DNA of 64,000 nucleotides from a virus (taxonomy: Duplodnaviria > Heunggongvirae > Uroviricota > Caudoviricetes), in the IMG/VR virus record IMGVR_UViG_3300028549_001428; one strand, written 5' to 3'. Of this stretch, positions 27,145-36,472 are shown one piece after another. Made by a program: the position numbers and the translations under genes. The notes beneath the pieces were generated by a model, which made no database searches, was not told the origin of the DNA, and saw nothing but the letters and a program-made list of their open reading frames with translations. Positions within the stretch are counted from its first letter, which is position 1. Each line of letters starts with the position of its first letter.

Positions 27145-27420
27145 CTATCCATTTACATTCTCGGTTGCTACGTATCTATTTACATGATATGCTTCATAGT
27201 CGTATAGATTAGGTCCATAGTGAGAGTATTTTTCATTTACTGCATAGTTAATGATGTTACCACCATTTACATTCTTGCTCTGCCACTGCCATAAACCATC
27301 ATCACTTCTGACAGGCAATGAGATAACTTCAGATTTAATACCAACACCGTATTCATATTCATAATGAATATCACCGATCTTGATTTTCTCAACAATTACA
27401 CTTCCCTTAGTATACGTCAT
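27145..27420 (-). CDS. hypothetical protein
   Basis: ORF in a packed block. Confidence 0.4.
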   Translation of the reverse strand: MTYTKGSVIVEKIKIGDIHYEYEYGVGIKSEVISLPVRSDDGLWQWQSKNVNGGNIINYAVNEKYSHYGPNLYDYEAYHVNRYVATENVNG

Positions 27421-27421
27421 A

Positions 27422-28123
27422 TTATTCCTTCATCAATGAATGTAATTTATTTTCCAAACTAACTGTTGAATCGACTTTGCTTTCAATGTCAATGGTTTCG
27501 ATATATGAATCCACCTTATCCCACAACTTAGTAATGGTTGCTTTACTGCGTTCAGGGATATCAGTTTCCTTATCAATATTTTGTCCTTTGATCATTCCTA
27601 CTTTGTGAAATTCATTACAAACATCCAATACAATATTTTTAGAATCAGCAAATACAGTCACCTCAGTTTGGCGATAAGTATTTATGCATACATGAATTCT
27701 ATTACCAGATGCATGAGCAACATCATCGCCATCTTCGTCATCAGCGTTTTCTTTACGAAATACAATTCTAGCACCATGCAACGTAGCAAAATAATCTGTC
27801 CAAGTGTATGTGGAATATTCCTTTTCAGTTCCATCATTTTCTTTGAACATGATATGATTTTCCCAATCACCAGTACCATAACCATACGTTGCTTTAGCAA
27901 CAAACCAAGGTTTATCCTTGATTTGCTTCAATAATTCATCTTCTTTTTTCTTCATCATACAAGAGACATATCCATTTCGACTGGAATATGCTTTGTAGTG
28001 TTCTTTCATTCGTTGCAAGTTCTCTTTAGCTATATCCAAAGTCCATTTGTACTCAAGTTCTCGTTCAGTTCTTTCAGATCTGAAAGAATCTCCATGTGTG
28101 TAATCAATTTCAATTGTGTACAT
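27422..28123 (-). CDS. hypothetical protein sharing C-terminal module with 28392..28889
   Basis: C-terminus KLWDKVDSYIETIDIESKVDSTVS is identical to that of 28392..28889. Confidence 0.5.
   Translation of the reverse strand: MYTIEIDYTHGDSFRSERTERELEYKWTLDIAKENLQRMKEHYKAYSSRNGYVSCMMKKKEDELLKQIKDKPWFVAKATYGYGTGDWENHIMFKENDGTEKEYSTYTWTDYFATLHGARIVFRKENADDEDGDDVAHASGNRIHVCINTYRQTEVTVFADSKNIVLDVCNEFHKVGMIKGQNIDKETDIPERSKATITKLWDKVDSYIETIDIESKVDSTVSLENKLHSLMKE
27446..27548. repeat. ~100-bp direct repeat, copy 1 (copy 2 at 28416..28518)
   Basis: actgttgaatcgactttgctttcaatgtcaatggtttcgatatatgaatccaccttatcccacaactta is near-identical in both copies. Confidence 0.7.
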
Positions 28124-28395
28124 TAGATAGTCTCGCTTACATCGTCGATATTTTTTATCTTTTCAATATTCACTTTGATCTGGTTTGCACATCTTTCTTT
28201 AAGGTCTTTATCAGCACCTTGAAGCTCCATTTCAGCAAGAGTGAGCATAGGCTGTAGATAATTCCTTATCTTGGCTTCAGCGGCACGTAAACCCTCTTTG
28301 TAGGCAAATACAACAAAGTCTTCTGTGTTCATATCTGTGTATGATCTCACCTTGTTGTACTTTTCTCTCAATTCATCAAGAATTACTTCACTCAT
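28123..28395 (-). CDS. hypothetical protein
   Basis: ORF in a packed block. Confidence 0.45.
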   Translation of the reverse strand: MSEVILDELREKYNKVRSYTDMNTEDFVVFAYKEGLRAAEAKIRNYLQPMLTLAEMELQGADKDLKERCANQIKVNIEKIKNIDDVSETI

Positions 28396-28889
28396 TTACT
28401 TACCTTACTAACTGTTGAATCGACTTTGCTTTCAATGTCAATGGTTTCGATATATGAATCCACCTTATCCCACAACTTAGCAACGGTTGCCTTGAACTGA
28501 TTTTTAATACTGTTTTCAGAAGTAAGCGAATCTGAAATTTCAGGAACTGCTACTAGATTACCATCAGTAACATAGCGAATTGTACATGGAGTTCCACTAC
28601 CATTGCTTACAGACGCAATCATATGAGCATATTGAGCATGACTCAATTCAAGTTCAATGATACGTTTTTTACCGAATACCCATTCGGTTCCATATTTTCG
28701 TTCAACTTCAGCAGTTTCTACTGTAATACTGATAGTATCGCTGTGCTTGATACTAGAACCGCACAATCGACGAGAACCACCCTTTGGGGAACTGATGACA
28801 ATCTTACCATAGGCTGGGTGGGTTTCACGTGTATGACCACTACCATTACCATTATCAACAATCTTAGGTGCTTCGCTTGTCCGTGCCAT
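28392..28889 (-). CDS. hypothetical protein sharing C-terminal module with 27422..28123
   Basis: Start trimmed to MARTSEAPK, after SD aaggag downstream of a canonical promoter. The shared C-terminal 24 aa are identical. Confidence 0.5.
   Translation of the reverse strand: MARTSEAPKIVDNGNGSGHTRETHPAYGKIVISSPKGGSRRLCGSSIKHSDTISITVETAEVERKYGTEWVFGKKRIIELELSHAQYAHMIASVSNGSGTPCTIRYVTDGNLVAVPEISDSLTSENSIKNQFKATVAKLWDKVDSYIETIDIESKVDSTVSKVSK
28416..28518. repeat. ~100-bp direct repeat, copy 2
   Basis: See 27446..27548. Confidence 0.7.
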
Positions 28890-28910
28890 GTGTGTATCTC
28901 CTTTTTCAGT

Positions 28911-28939
28911 AATATAGAAATACACCAATTATTTGTCAA
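28911..28939 (-). promoter_or_regulatory. sigma70-type promoter TTGACA-N17-TATATT
   Basis: rc of aatata-N17-tgtcaa. Confidence 0.6.
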
Positions 28940-28948
28940 TAAAATAAT

Positions 28949-29176
28949 CTACTTCATGTATTTACTGATGAAATACCTCAAAAACCTAACTTCATCAAAC
29001 CAACCTTGATGTATAGCAAATGAACGATCCATCCACAAATGAGGCACATACATAGGATTTTCTGGAAATTTACCATCCAGATATCCACTTATGTCAATAT
29101 CTTCTTCGATTACTTCTGGTAATCCAAGATCCTGATATACTTCTTCTTTATGAAATGGATGTATTTGAGTAATCAT
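28949..29176 (-). CDS. hypothetical protein
   Basis: ORF in a packed block. Confidence 0.4.
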   Translation of the reverse strand: MITQIHPFHKEEVYQDLGLPEVIEEDIDISGYLDGKFPENPMYVPHLWMDRSFAIHQGWFDEVRFLRYFISKYMK

Positions 29177-29496
29177 AGCTTAACAACACCAAGGAATTCA
29201 TCTAATTTTACTACCATAGATTTCAATACTTCTATATCACGTTCATTAATAATTATATAGTTATTTGGTTCCATGCTATATAGATGTACACGTAATTCTG
29301 ATGCTGTTAATATATAATATTTTATATCACGCAATTGAATTCTACACATTCCTAAATGCACAAATTTTGGAATTTCAGTAACTCCTACATATTCCTTACT
29401 GCTTTCGCCATTCGGTCTATATTCACTTAAATGTGAATTTAACTTATATAAGTCACAATTAATAATACCAGGTGTTGTTTCTTTATTATCTTCCAT
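29173..29496 (-). CDS. hypothetical protein
   Basis: ORF in a packed block. Confidence 0.45.
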   Translation of the reverse strand: MEDNKETTPGIINCDLYKLNSHLSEYRPNGESSKEYVGVTEIPKFVHLGMCRIQLRDIKYYILTASELRVHLYSMEPNNYIIINERDIEVLKSMVVKLDEFLGVVKL

Positions 29497-29505
29497 ATTA
29501 ATCCT

Positions 29506-29736
29506 TTATCTTTTTTTATCCGATAAGATTTGATGAATTTCATTAATTCTCATATTAGTTTCATCATAGCGTTTTGTCAACCGTATCTTCTCATTCTCAT
29601 AGTCTACAACAGGATTTAATAGGTTTTCCAGTTTGGCTATTCGACTCATGGGTAATCCAACCCGTATTACAATAAGTAACAGAATTCCCAAAATTATTGT
29701 TATCCACCAGTCATTATTACATTTAATATGATTCAT
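29506..29736 (-). CDS. small membrane protein
   Basis: One TM helix followed by a coiled-coil-like tail. Confidence 0.45.
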   Translation of the reverse strand: MNHIKCNNDWWITIILGILLLIVIRVGLPMSRIAKLENLLNPVVDYENEKIRLTKRYDETNMRINEIHQILSDKKR

Positions 29737-29737
29737 G

Positions 29738-30859
29738 TTAATCCTTTATATTTGATAGTATATGTGCAATTACATCGACTGTCCAACCATTTCCACACAT
29801 TCGATATCTCTGGGTATTACTTACAACACTTGAATAATTATCAGGTATTGTTTGTAGACGTTCACATTCTAATGGGGTAATATATCTGAAACAGAATTCA
29901 TCTACAGGTATTCTATCGGGTTTAGTAAATGGAACCACAACATTATCTTTACCAACAGTAGTCAAGCAATTAGTTTTCCCATCATATCTAAATTCGATAA
30001 ATTGTGTTGTATTACCAGCCGTTTTCATTTTACCGTCCATACGCTTACCATCAACAATATATCTGCCTCTCATAGCAGCTACTGCCTGTGTATCGGTAGG
30101 AATATCAACAATCCCAAAGAATCTTTGATTTGAATATTTTTTAGAATGTGATGCTTCTATCATTTGCATCTTATCAGAATCTTTGTGTACAGTAAGAACT
30201 TTATTTTTCAAGCGTGAATTTTCTGCTAACCAATGTAATGCAGCTTCTGTATAATAATATGATTCACCATTGACACCAGATTCCTTCACATCACCCCATA
30301 CGATGCCTCTGTCCTCTGGTTGAGTCACATTTGGTATGTTGGTCCAATACAATCTTTTTCTATTCTGTGCGGAAAGGAGCGCACTATTTATCATGATAGG
30401 TTCAACACCTAATGTTTTTGTAATAACAGCTTCCCACTTCTTATGCATCACTACATTTTCTAACAGGAAATATTTAGGTTTCGTTTCTGATAATAGTCTA
30501 ACATATTCCCAGAATAAATATGACTGCCCTTCAAATTGGAATCCCTCATTTTTCAATTCTAAATATCGTTCTAATGTAATAACTTCTTCGCCACATTTAG
30601 TAGACATTCCCTTTTGTAGTCCAGCGAACGAAAAGGATTGACATGGCGACCCACCAATAAGCAAATCAATATTAGGTAACTTATCAGCAGTTACATCTAC
30701 AACACTACCCAACTGAATTGTATTTGGGTAATTATGCATAGTAACTTTAATTGCGTGCTTATCTATTTCACTAGCATAATAGTTATCAACGTTGATACCT
30801 GCTCGGTTCAACGCAATATGACCACAACTCATTCCATCAAATAATGACAATACATTCAT
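29738..30859 (-). CDS. DNA (cytosine-5)-methyltransferase
   Basis: Motif I LSLFDGMSCG, motif IV GSPCQSFSFAG, ENV motif; 373 aa. Confidence 0.9.
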   Translation of the reverse strand: MNVLSLFDGMSCGHIALNRAGINVDNYYASEIDKHAIKVTMHNYPNTIQLGSVVDVTADKLPNIDLLIGGSPCQSFSFAGLQKGMSTKCGEEVITLERYLELKNEGFQFEGQSYLFWEYVRLLSETKPKYFLLENVVMHKKWEAVITKTLGVEPIMINSALLSAQNRKRLYWTNIPNVTQPEDRGIVWGDVKESGVNGESYYYTEAALHWLAENSRLKNKVLTVHKDSDKMQMIEASHSKKYSNQRFFGIVDIPTDTQAVAAMRGRYIVDGKRMDGKMKTAGNTTQFIEFRYDGKTNCLTTVGKDNVVVPFTKPDRIPVDEFCFRYITPLECERLQTIPDNYSSVVSNTQRYRMCGNGWTVDVIAHILSNIKD

Positions 30860-30888
30860 CTAAAATATTCCTTAATATCAAAATACAA

Positions 30889-30898
30889 ATATAGCAAA
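30889..30898 (-). promoter_or_regulatory. extended -10 promoter TTTGCTATATT
   Basis: rc of atatagcaaa; 29-nt leader with SD aagga before the methyltransferase ATG. Confidence 0.55.
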
Positions 30899-31328
30899 AA
30901 TATCGAATTATTTATACTTGCATACCATATCATCTACTTTAGATATAACATCATCTATCTGATCATGAAATGACTCTAGTTGTGTATAGAATTCTGATAT
31001 ATCACAAATCGTTTCATTTGGTGGTAATTCTAGTTTGCCAAATCCACCAACCGCAGTATGTTGTTCTGCATATAGAATCCATGCTGAATCATATGATAAA
31101 TTGTATTTAGATAAGGACACAATTTGATGATATTGATATGGCTGTGAGTAGAACTTCCATTATGTGCATAGTTATAACTATTTACTGCACTGGAATAGGT
31201 ATAATTAAATTTCTCACAGTCAAAATACGCTGCATATTTAAATATATCTCGTTCTCTAGGATTTAATCCAACTTTCTTATCAATCTTAATAAATTCTCTG
31301 CTCATAATTATCCTTTTAAATATATAAA

Positions 31329-31511
31329 TTACAAATCGAATGGAGTATGTCTTGCTTTATAAGACATACGCATTGATTTTTCCAATTCATCAAATTTTTT
31401 ATCGTTATCAATCATCATCTGTCTTACAGATTCCCAGAACGATTCGGTAAGTTTACTATAATCAATAGTAGCATCAGCCGTTTCTAAATCTCTAAAATCT
31501 TCTAGTTTCAT
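31329..31511 (-). CDS. hypothetical protein
   Basis: 60-aa ORF, leaderless behind a promoter. Confidence 0.4.
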   Translation of the reverse strand: MKLEDFRDLETADATIDYSKLTESFWESVRQMMIDNDKKFDELEKSMRMSYKARHTPFDL

Positions 31512-31518
31512 ATAACAA

Positions 31519-31528
31519 ATATAGCAAA
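31519..31528 (-). promoter_or_regulatory. extended -10 promoter TTTGCTATATT
   Basis: 7 nt to the ATG at 31511, preceded by the terminator at 31529-31552. Confidence 0.55.
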
Positions 31529-31552
31529 AAAGCCTCCGATTGGAGGCTTTTA
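31529..31552 (-). terminator. rho-independent terminator
   Basis: aaagcctccgattggaggcttt hairpin after the SPFH gene. Confidence 0.6.
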
Positions 31553-31555
31553 TAT

Positions 31556-32404
31556 TTATCGTAGATCAACTATTGTACCAGCACCACCAGCTACTTTAGG
31601 TAGCTGTCCATCCCACTTCTTAATCTTCTCGTATTCGACAAGTTCTCGTGTGATAGAAGCTGCTAGAATTTTGTTAGCCTTCGATTGTGCTTCTGCTCGT
31701 AGTAGAATAGAACGTGCTTCACCGTCAGCAGTTGCGATTGTCTTTTCAGCATCAGCTTTTGCAGATCGCAATTCATTTTCTTTCATTTGAGCAGTTTGAA
31801 CAGCCTGAATTTTAGCATTCAATGAATTTATAACTTCATTTGGCAATCTCATTGATCCGATATATGAAACCTTATCAACGGTAATTCCACTTAATAGTGC
31901 AGTTCTCTTTACATATGCATCAACAGAATCCTTTAGTTCAGCCTTCTTTGTGCTATATGCTTCTTCAGCAGAGTACTTAGACGCATAAGTTACAAACGCA
32001 TCTCTAACCATGCTTCTCAATACACCATCAGTTAAATCATCAATTCCCTTTCGATATGTTTGGAATACTTTTCCAACATTTGATGACTCGATTCTAAATT
32101 GAATACCAATGTCAGCATTAATACTTAGACCATCAGCAGTCTGGAATGTAATTGATTCATCATTAGGAGAGCCTTCTGTCGAATCTTTAGTCCATACATA
32201 ATTCTGCTGGAATGTAGGGAATATATGTAGTTCCTCGTTCATACCGATCCAGTAACGACCTGTACCAAGTACTTCATGGTCTACACCTTTATTACCGCCT
32301 ACTAAGTACACCTTTACACCAGCTTCACCAGGACCCACACGGGAACATCCGAAGCTCGTTAGCGCAATAAATGCTAGAGCAATTGTTAATAGTACTTTTT
32401 TCAT
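31556..32404 (-). CDS. SPFH/band-7 (prohibitin/HflKC-like) lipoprotein
   Basis: Lipobox LTSFGCS, an SPFH core, and a C-terminal coiled coil (AQMKENELRSAKADAEKTIA...). Confidence 0.8.
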   Translation of the reverse strand: MKKVLLTIALAFIALTSFGCSRVGPGEAGVKVYLVGGNKGVDHEVLGTGRYWIGMNEELHIFPTFQQNYVWTKDSTEGSPNDESITFQTADGLSINADIGIQFRIESSNVGKVFQTYRKGIDDLTDGVLRSMVRDAFVTYASKYSAEEAYSTKKAELKDSVDAYVKRTALLSGITVDKVSYIGSMRLPNEVINSLNAKIQAVQTAQMKENELRSAKADAEKTIATADGEARSILLRAEAQSKANKILAASITRELVEYEKIKKWDGQLPKVAGGAGTIVDLR

Positions 32405-32417
32405 CTGTATCTTCTCC

Positions 32418-32618
32418 TTATTGGATTGTTTTGTTAAGTTTAGTTATCAGAGATTTAATTATCTTGACATTAGCAAATATTGCCAATGGAATGGATAATA
32501 ATCCCACTATCGGGGTTATATCACTATTAAGTGATATCATAAATGGCATGAACATACCCATATATAATATATCACAAATGATCAAACCTAATATTGTATA
32601 CATTGTAGTTATCTTCAT
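32418..32618 (-). CDS. small two-TM membrane protein upstream of SPFH gene
   Basis: 66 aa, two hydrophobic helices, in the same operon as the SPFH gene. Confidence 0.45.
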   Translation of the reverse strand: MKITTMYTILGLIICDILYMGMFMPFMISLNSDITPIVGLLSIPLAIFANVKIIKSLITKLNKTIQ

Positions 32619-32646
32619 ATTTAGTCCTAATTTTGTTATAATTGAA

Positions 32647-32656
32647 ATATAGCAAA
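32647..32656 (-). promoter_or_regulatory. extended -10 promoter TTTGCTATATT
   Basis: rc of atatagcaaa, upstream of 32418..32618. Confidence 0.5.
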
Positions 32657-32983
32657 TTATGGTGATGTTTGTGCGATTGGTGGATAATAAATAGCAAGCG
32701 GAAACTTTTTAAGTAATTGATGTTCGATTGCTCTTTTCACAGTTACATTTTCAAGTTCATTTACACCAAAAATATCTAATAATGGACCCCATTTTTCAAT
32801 TAGACTTTTTTTAGAGTTTGTATATTTAACATATCTATATATTTTCTTTACTTTATCAACAACTGAATACTCAACGTAATTAGTTATACGCATTGACCGA
32901 TCTAAATTTCGCTCAACTGTGCTAATATCATCTTGTTTAATAGCAGTTATCATAATGTAAATCTTCGTTGCATATCTTCCCAT
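32657..32983 (-). CDS. hypothetical protein
   Basis: ORF in a packed block. Confidence 0.45.
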   Translation of the reverse strand: MGRYATKIYIMITAIKQDDISTVERNLDRSMRITNYVEYSVVDKVKKIYRYVKYTNSKKSLIEKWGPLLDIFGVNELENVTVKRAIEHQLLKKFPLAIYYPPIAQTSP

Positions 32984-33183
32984 GTTGGGGTCAATGCTTT
33001 TTCTTCAGCTTCAAATCTATCGCTGTTTCTTTTTAAAATTTTTGCAAATTCAGCCCAATGCAAATCAGGAATCTTTGCGTTTCGATTTTCTTCTAAAACT
33101 TTCGCAAGATGTTCAAAATCTTTTAATGTTAATTTCTTTGTCATATAATATCCATTTTTATGAGTGTACCTGCAACAACTCAA
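32950..33183 (-). CDS. hypothetical protein
   Basis: ORF in a packed block. Confidence 0.4.
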   Translation of the reverse strand: MSCCRYTHKNGYYMTKKLTLKDFEHLAKVLEENRNAKIPDLHWAEFAKILKRNSDRFEAEEKALTPTWEDMQRRFTL

Positions 33184-33382
33184 TCCATACCAATAGTTCA
33201 GTATTTATATCATACAGACTAAAATCATTTTCGGTGAAATCATACACTAATTTTAATGGTCGATAGTACCTATCTTCATTTATATATAGTTCATATGTTT
33301 TTAACGGATTGCCATGTTCAACATAACCTGCACCGTTATAAAAATGTACAATACACTCACCTTTATTATCAACTAACTTCAT
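33158..33382 (-). CDS. hypothetical protein
   Basis: ORF in a packed block. Confidence 0.4.
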   Translation of the reverse strand: MKLVDNKGECIVHFYNGAGYVEHGNPLKTYELYINEDRYYRPLKLVYDFTENDFSLYDINTELLVWIELLQVHS

Positions 33383-33385
33383 TAT

Positions 33386-33574
33386 TTAATCACCTATAAG
33401 TGGACCGAATACTTTATCTTTATTCTTAATTACTTCTAATCTAGCATTACGTTCTTCTGTTTCATATTTTATACGATCTTCTTTTGCTTGGTTATTACAA
33501 TGGTCCCAAAATTGTTTTGAGTACTCTGCGTTACCAAATATTGCTAGTATTTCATCTAGACTTGACTTATCCAT
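33386..33574 (-). CDS. hypothetical protein
   Basis: ORF in a packed block. Confidence 0.4.
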   Translation of the reverse strand: MDKSSLDEILAIFGNAEYSKQFWDHCNNQAKEDRIKYETEERNARLEVIKNKDKVFGPLIGD

Positions 33575-34083
33575 CAGTCCTCCACCATATTTTGAATCTT
33601 TTTAATTTTGTCATAGTAAACTTCTACATACGATGGTTGTGAAAATATATATCGATGATCTAATTGACCTTTCACATTACTAATTTCACTTGCTGGATGA
33701 ACCGAATAGAAATAATATCCTTTCTTATCATCACATTTACCAGATGAGCTACTACCCCACCCAGCCAATAGTCTATACCCAAGTCGTTTGCATAATGTTG
33801 TAGCATTCTTCTCAAACTCTTTAAACTTAGCACTTCTCTCATAATAGCTAACACCTACACTGAATCGAATATAACTACCATATGAGGTATTAAACAATTC
33901 AGGATATTTCCTAAATGCCATTGAAAGATAAGAATTCAATATACGTTCTTTTTCAGCAATATCACATGCAACGGTAAATCGAACCAACCGACTTCTGCAT
34001 TTCAAGTATCGAATAAATTTAGGTAGTTTCATAATATTAATCTTTAAGTTTCTTTTTTGGTGTTGGTGTATAGTATTCATCAC
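33574..34083 (-). CDS. hypothetical protein
   Basis: ORF; the start may be the internal MKLPKF. Confidence 0.45.
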   Translation of the reverse strand: MMNTIHQHQKRNLKINIMKLPKFIRYLKCRSRLVRFTVACDIAEKERILNSYLSMAFRKYPELFNTSYGSYIRFSVGVSYYERSAKFKEFEKNATTLCKRLGYRLLAGWGSSSSGKCDDKKGYYFYSVHPASEISNVKGQLDHRYIFSQPSYVEVYYDKIKKIQNMVED

Positions 34084-34155
34084 CGGTAGATATAAATAAT
34101 CTAACTATACCGATCATTAAAGCGGCTGGTATCAAAATCATAAGTAGTTCAAGCA

Positions 34156-34353
34156 TTAGAAGTCATCCACACATACAATTTTAACCCAATCATCGTCAGG
34201 TAATACATCAGATACACTGTAATTTCTAAAATAACTTTCATCAAATACTAAAAGTATTTCAGCTAAATATTCATTTGATAGATTATCTAACCGCAATTTA
34301 ATTACCTCAATTGCAGTTTCTCTATCGATATTGTATGTTGTTTTAATCCCCAT
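34156..34353 (-). CDS. hypothetical protein
   Basis: ORF in a packed block. Confidence 0.4.
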   Translation of the reverse strand: MGIKTTYNIDRETAIEVIKLRLDNLSNEYLAEILLVFDESYFRNYSVSDVLPDDDWVKIVCVDDF

Positions 34354-34530
34354 TTATTTATCACCATCCCAATTGTAAAAAGGCCATGTTAATGCAACAA
34401 ACATTAACAAACCAACACACGAAGCAATTAAAAATGGATATGCCAAAAGTATAACTGGCCATTGTAATAATCTTATGTACCAATGATCGGTTGATTTCAG
34501 TATGCTTTTTAGTTTTTGTATTTTAGTCAT
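34354..34530 (-). CDS. small membrane protein
   Basis: ATG start MTKIQ, 7 nt after the -10; two TM helices. Confidence 0.4.
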   Translation of the reverse strand: MTKIQKLKSILKSTDHWYIRLLQWPVILLAYPFLIASCVGLLMFVALTWPFYNWDGDK

Positions 34531-34537
34531 ACACAAA

Positions 34538-34547
34538 ATATAGCAAA
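34538..34547 (-). promoter_or_regulatory. extended -10 promoter TTTGCTATATT
   Basis: Precedes a leaderless start at about 34530. Confidence 0.5.
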
Positions 34548-34548
34548 G

Positions 34549-34827
34549 TTAATCAAACTTCGGATTTAAATGTTGAGTTTCTTTTAAATATACATCCGAT
34601 ATCATTTTATTGAATATATCCATATCAATCTCATGTTCAATTTCTTTTGATCGTAGTTTATCACCACATTCCATGTAAATTTTATTAATTTCATGGTGAT
34701 GATATGTAATAGCAGCTTTGATTGCCCTTCCTACCATTCGTCTAGCTTCTTCTGGCGGTACTGATTCGATACTAAATAGCTTTTTAGCAATTATTTCAGC
34801 TAATGGATGTGTTTTTACTGTTGTCAT
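34549..34827 (-). CDS. hypothetical protein
   Basis: ORF in a packed block. Confidence 0.45.
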   Translation of the reverse strand: MTTVKTHPLAEIIAKKLFSIESVPPEEARRMVGRAIKAAITYHHHEINKIYMECGDKLRSKEIEHEIDMDIFNKMISDVYLKETQHLNPKFD

Positions 34828-35060
34828 TTTGATTTCCTATTTCTCTTTTCGGGATAATATTCAATGAAATTATCCTTTCTATATTTATTCCAATCATCTA
34901 TAGATTTATTAACTAACTTATCTACCATATCAGGCAATACGTTTTTATCAGAATCCAAATATTGCCATCCACGATTATGACAACAACCACATGGAATATC
35001 CATAGAATACATTATCGCATGTTTCGTTTTTATATGACAATTGCATTTACATATATCCAT
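34824..35060 (-). CDS. Cys-rich small protein
   Basis: CKCNCH...CGCCH motifs. Confidence 0.4.
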   Translation of the reverse strand: MDICKCNCHIKTKHAIMYSMDIPCGCCHNRGWQYLDSDKNVLPDMVDKLVNKSIDDWNKYRKDNFIEYYPEKRNRKSK

Positions 35061-35329
35061 TATATTATCTTCTTTCGGATGATTTCATTGAGAAATTTTA
35101 TGGGTGTTTTTGTTTTAACAAAATTACCTGATCTAAATTCAACCGAATAAACTTTAAATTCGTTTTTATCGAAATCACCTATAAATATAATCTCTTCTTT
35201 TCCACGCACTCGATATTCAAGTACTAGCTCATATCGTTTCCCATTCATGTCAAATTCCACAATACCATCATAAACACTCATAAAGAGCGCATTTTTTGTT
35301 TCATCATCTATAAATATACCTTCGTTCAT
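35060..35329 (-). CDS. hypothetical protein
   Basis: ORF in a packed block. Confidence 0.45.
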   Translation of the reverse strand: MNEGIFIDDETKNALFMSVYDGIVEFDMNGKRYELVLEYRVRGKEEIIFIGDFDKNEFKVYSVEFRSGNFVKTKTPIKFLNEIIRKKII

Positions 35330-35341
35330 ATCATCTCCGTT

Positions 35342-35707
35342 TTATTTTAACATTGCTGTACATTCTTCCACAAAAGGTAATACAATAGCTGGAGAATAAT
35401 TAAAATCAGTCTTCATTCTAAATACCACCCAATAACTAGCTTGTGTATTTTCTCTCATAAAATGACTAACTTGACTCTCAGGTACTATCTGCATGTTTAC
35501 TATTATATGTCCATAAAGCCATTCAGATCCTTCTTTGTATACTTTGATACCATCATCAAACACATCTATGTATTTATATAGATGTGATTTATTTAAATCA
35601 TATGATGTTATATATTTAGAAATAACAAATTCATCTGCATATTTATTAAAAATATGAGATAACGCAAAATCAAATATATAATGTTGAAGTGTTGTTTTTA
35701 TCACCAA
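35342..35707 (-). CDS. hypothetical protein
   Basis: ORF in a packed block. Confidence 0.45.
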   Translation of the reverse strand: MVIKTTLQHYIFDFALSHIFNKYADEFVISKYITSYDLNKSHLYKYIDVFDDGIKVYKEGSEWLYGHIIVNMQIVPESQVSHFMRENTQASYWVVFRMKTDFNYSPAIVLPFVEECTAMLK

Positions 35708-35904
35708 TTATTCTCAGTCAGATCAATTGTGTATTCATCCATGTATGTAGCTGTGACTATATCACCCAATCCAGTTGGTCTAAAAATGAAAGCATCACCA
35801 CCACCAATAGCACCAGTATTTTCTTTCGATAATGTAGCCTTCCATTCAATCCATTTCTTATATTGTTCTTCGGATAACTCAAATGATCGCATAACTACTC
35901 CCAT
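35701..35904 (-). CDS. hypothetical protein
   Basis: ORF in a packed block. Confidence 0.4.
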   Translation of the reverse strand: MGVVMRSFELSEEQYKKWIEWKATLSKENTGAIGGGDAFIFRPTGLGDIVTATYMDEYTIDLTENNW

Positions 35905-36176
35905 TTAAGTTCAAGATATCCACGACCAACACAACGTGAACATACATTACGTATATATCCAGCACTTACATGTCCAACATCATAATTATCATATGCCTCA
36001 CGATAAGCACCTTGTGTATATCCTTTACCATCACAGTCAGGGCAATTCTTTCGTGTACCGTTCTTTCTATCTTCATAATTTTTACATGCAGATTCACTGG
36101 AAAATTCAGTTCCATCAGATGCCGTATAATAAATTTCCTCAACTTCCCGAATAACTTTTCTAGTGTGTCTATTCAT
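35895..36176 (-). CDS. DnaJ-type zinc-finger (CxxCxGxG) small protein
   Basis: CPDCDGKGY and CSRCVGRGY repeats. Confidence 0.45.
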   Translation of the reverse strand: MNRHTRKVIREVEEIYYTASDGTEFSSESACKNYEDRKNGTRKNCPDCDGKGYTQGAYREAYDNYDVGHVSAGYIRNVCSRCVGRGYLELKWE

Positions 36177-36183
36177 ATTTGTC

Positions 36184-36459
36184 TCATATTTCGTCTGTTA
36201 AATACGTAACTAATTTAAAGTCATCAGAAATTTCCCAATGTCCATCAGGTTCTGATTCTGGGTGATTATTAGTATCATCCACCCAAATTAGATTACCTTT
36301 ATATACACCCATTGCATAATCTTCACCTTCACAAAATATACCATATTCAAGTTCATCAATATCTTCTTTTAAAACATCTATGTATGTTTCATCGGATGCG
36401 TCAATTTTGATAACTTTAACGTGATTATGTTCATCAACTGCAAATAATATTCTTGGCAT
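36184..36459 (-). CDS. hypothetical acidic protein
   Basis: ORF in a packed block. Confidence 0.45.
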   Translation of the reverse strand: MPRILFAVDEHNHVKVIKIDASDETYIDVLKEDIDELEYGIFCEGEDYAMGVYKGNLIWVDDTNNHPESEPDGHWEISDDFKLVTYLTDEI

Positions 36460-36472
36460 ATCAATACCGCAT

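Noticed and set aside
30908-31305. Two overlapping minus-strand ORFs (30908..31120 and 31030..31305) in different frames
   Set aside because: I could not resolve by eye whether this is one frameshifted gene or one real and one spurious ORF. The tail of 31030..31305 looks like out-of-frame junk, so neither is annotated as a CDS.
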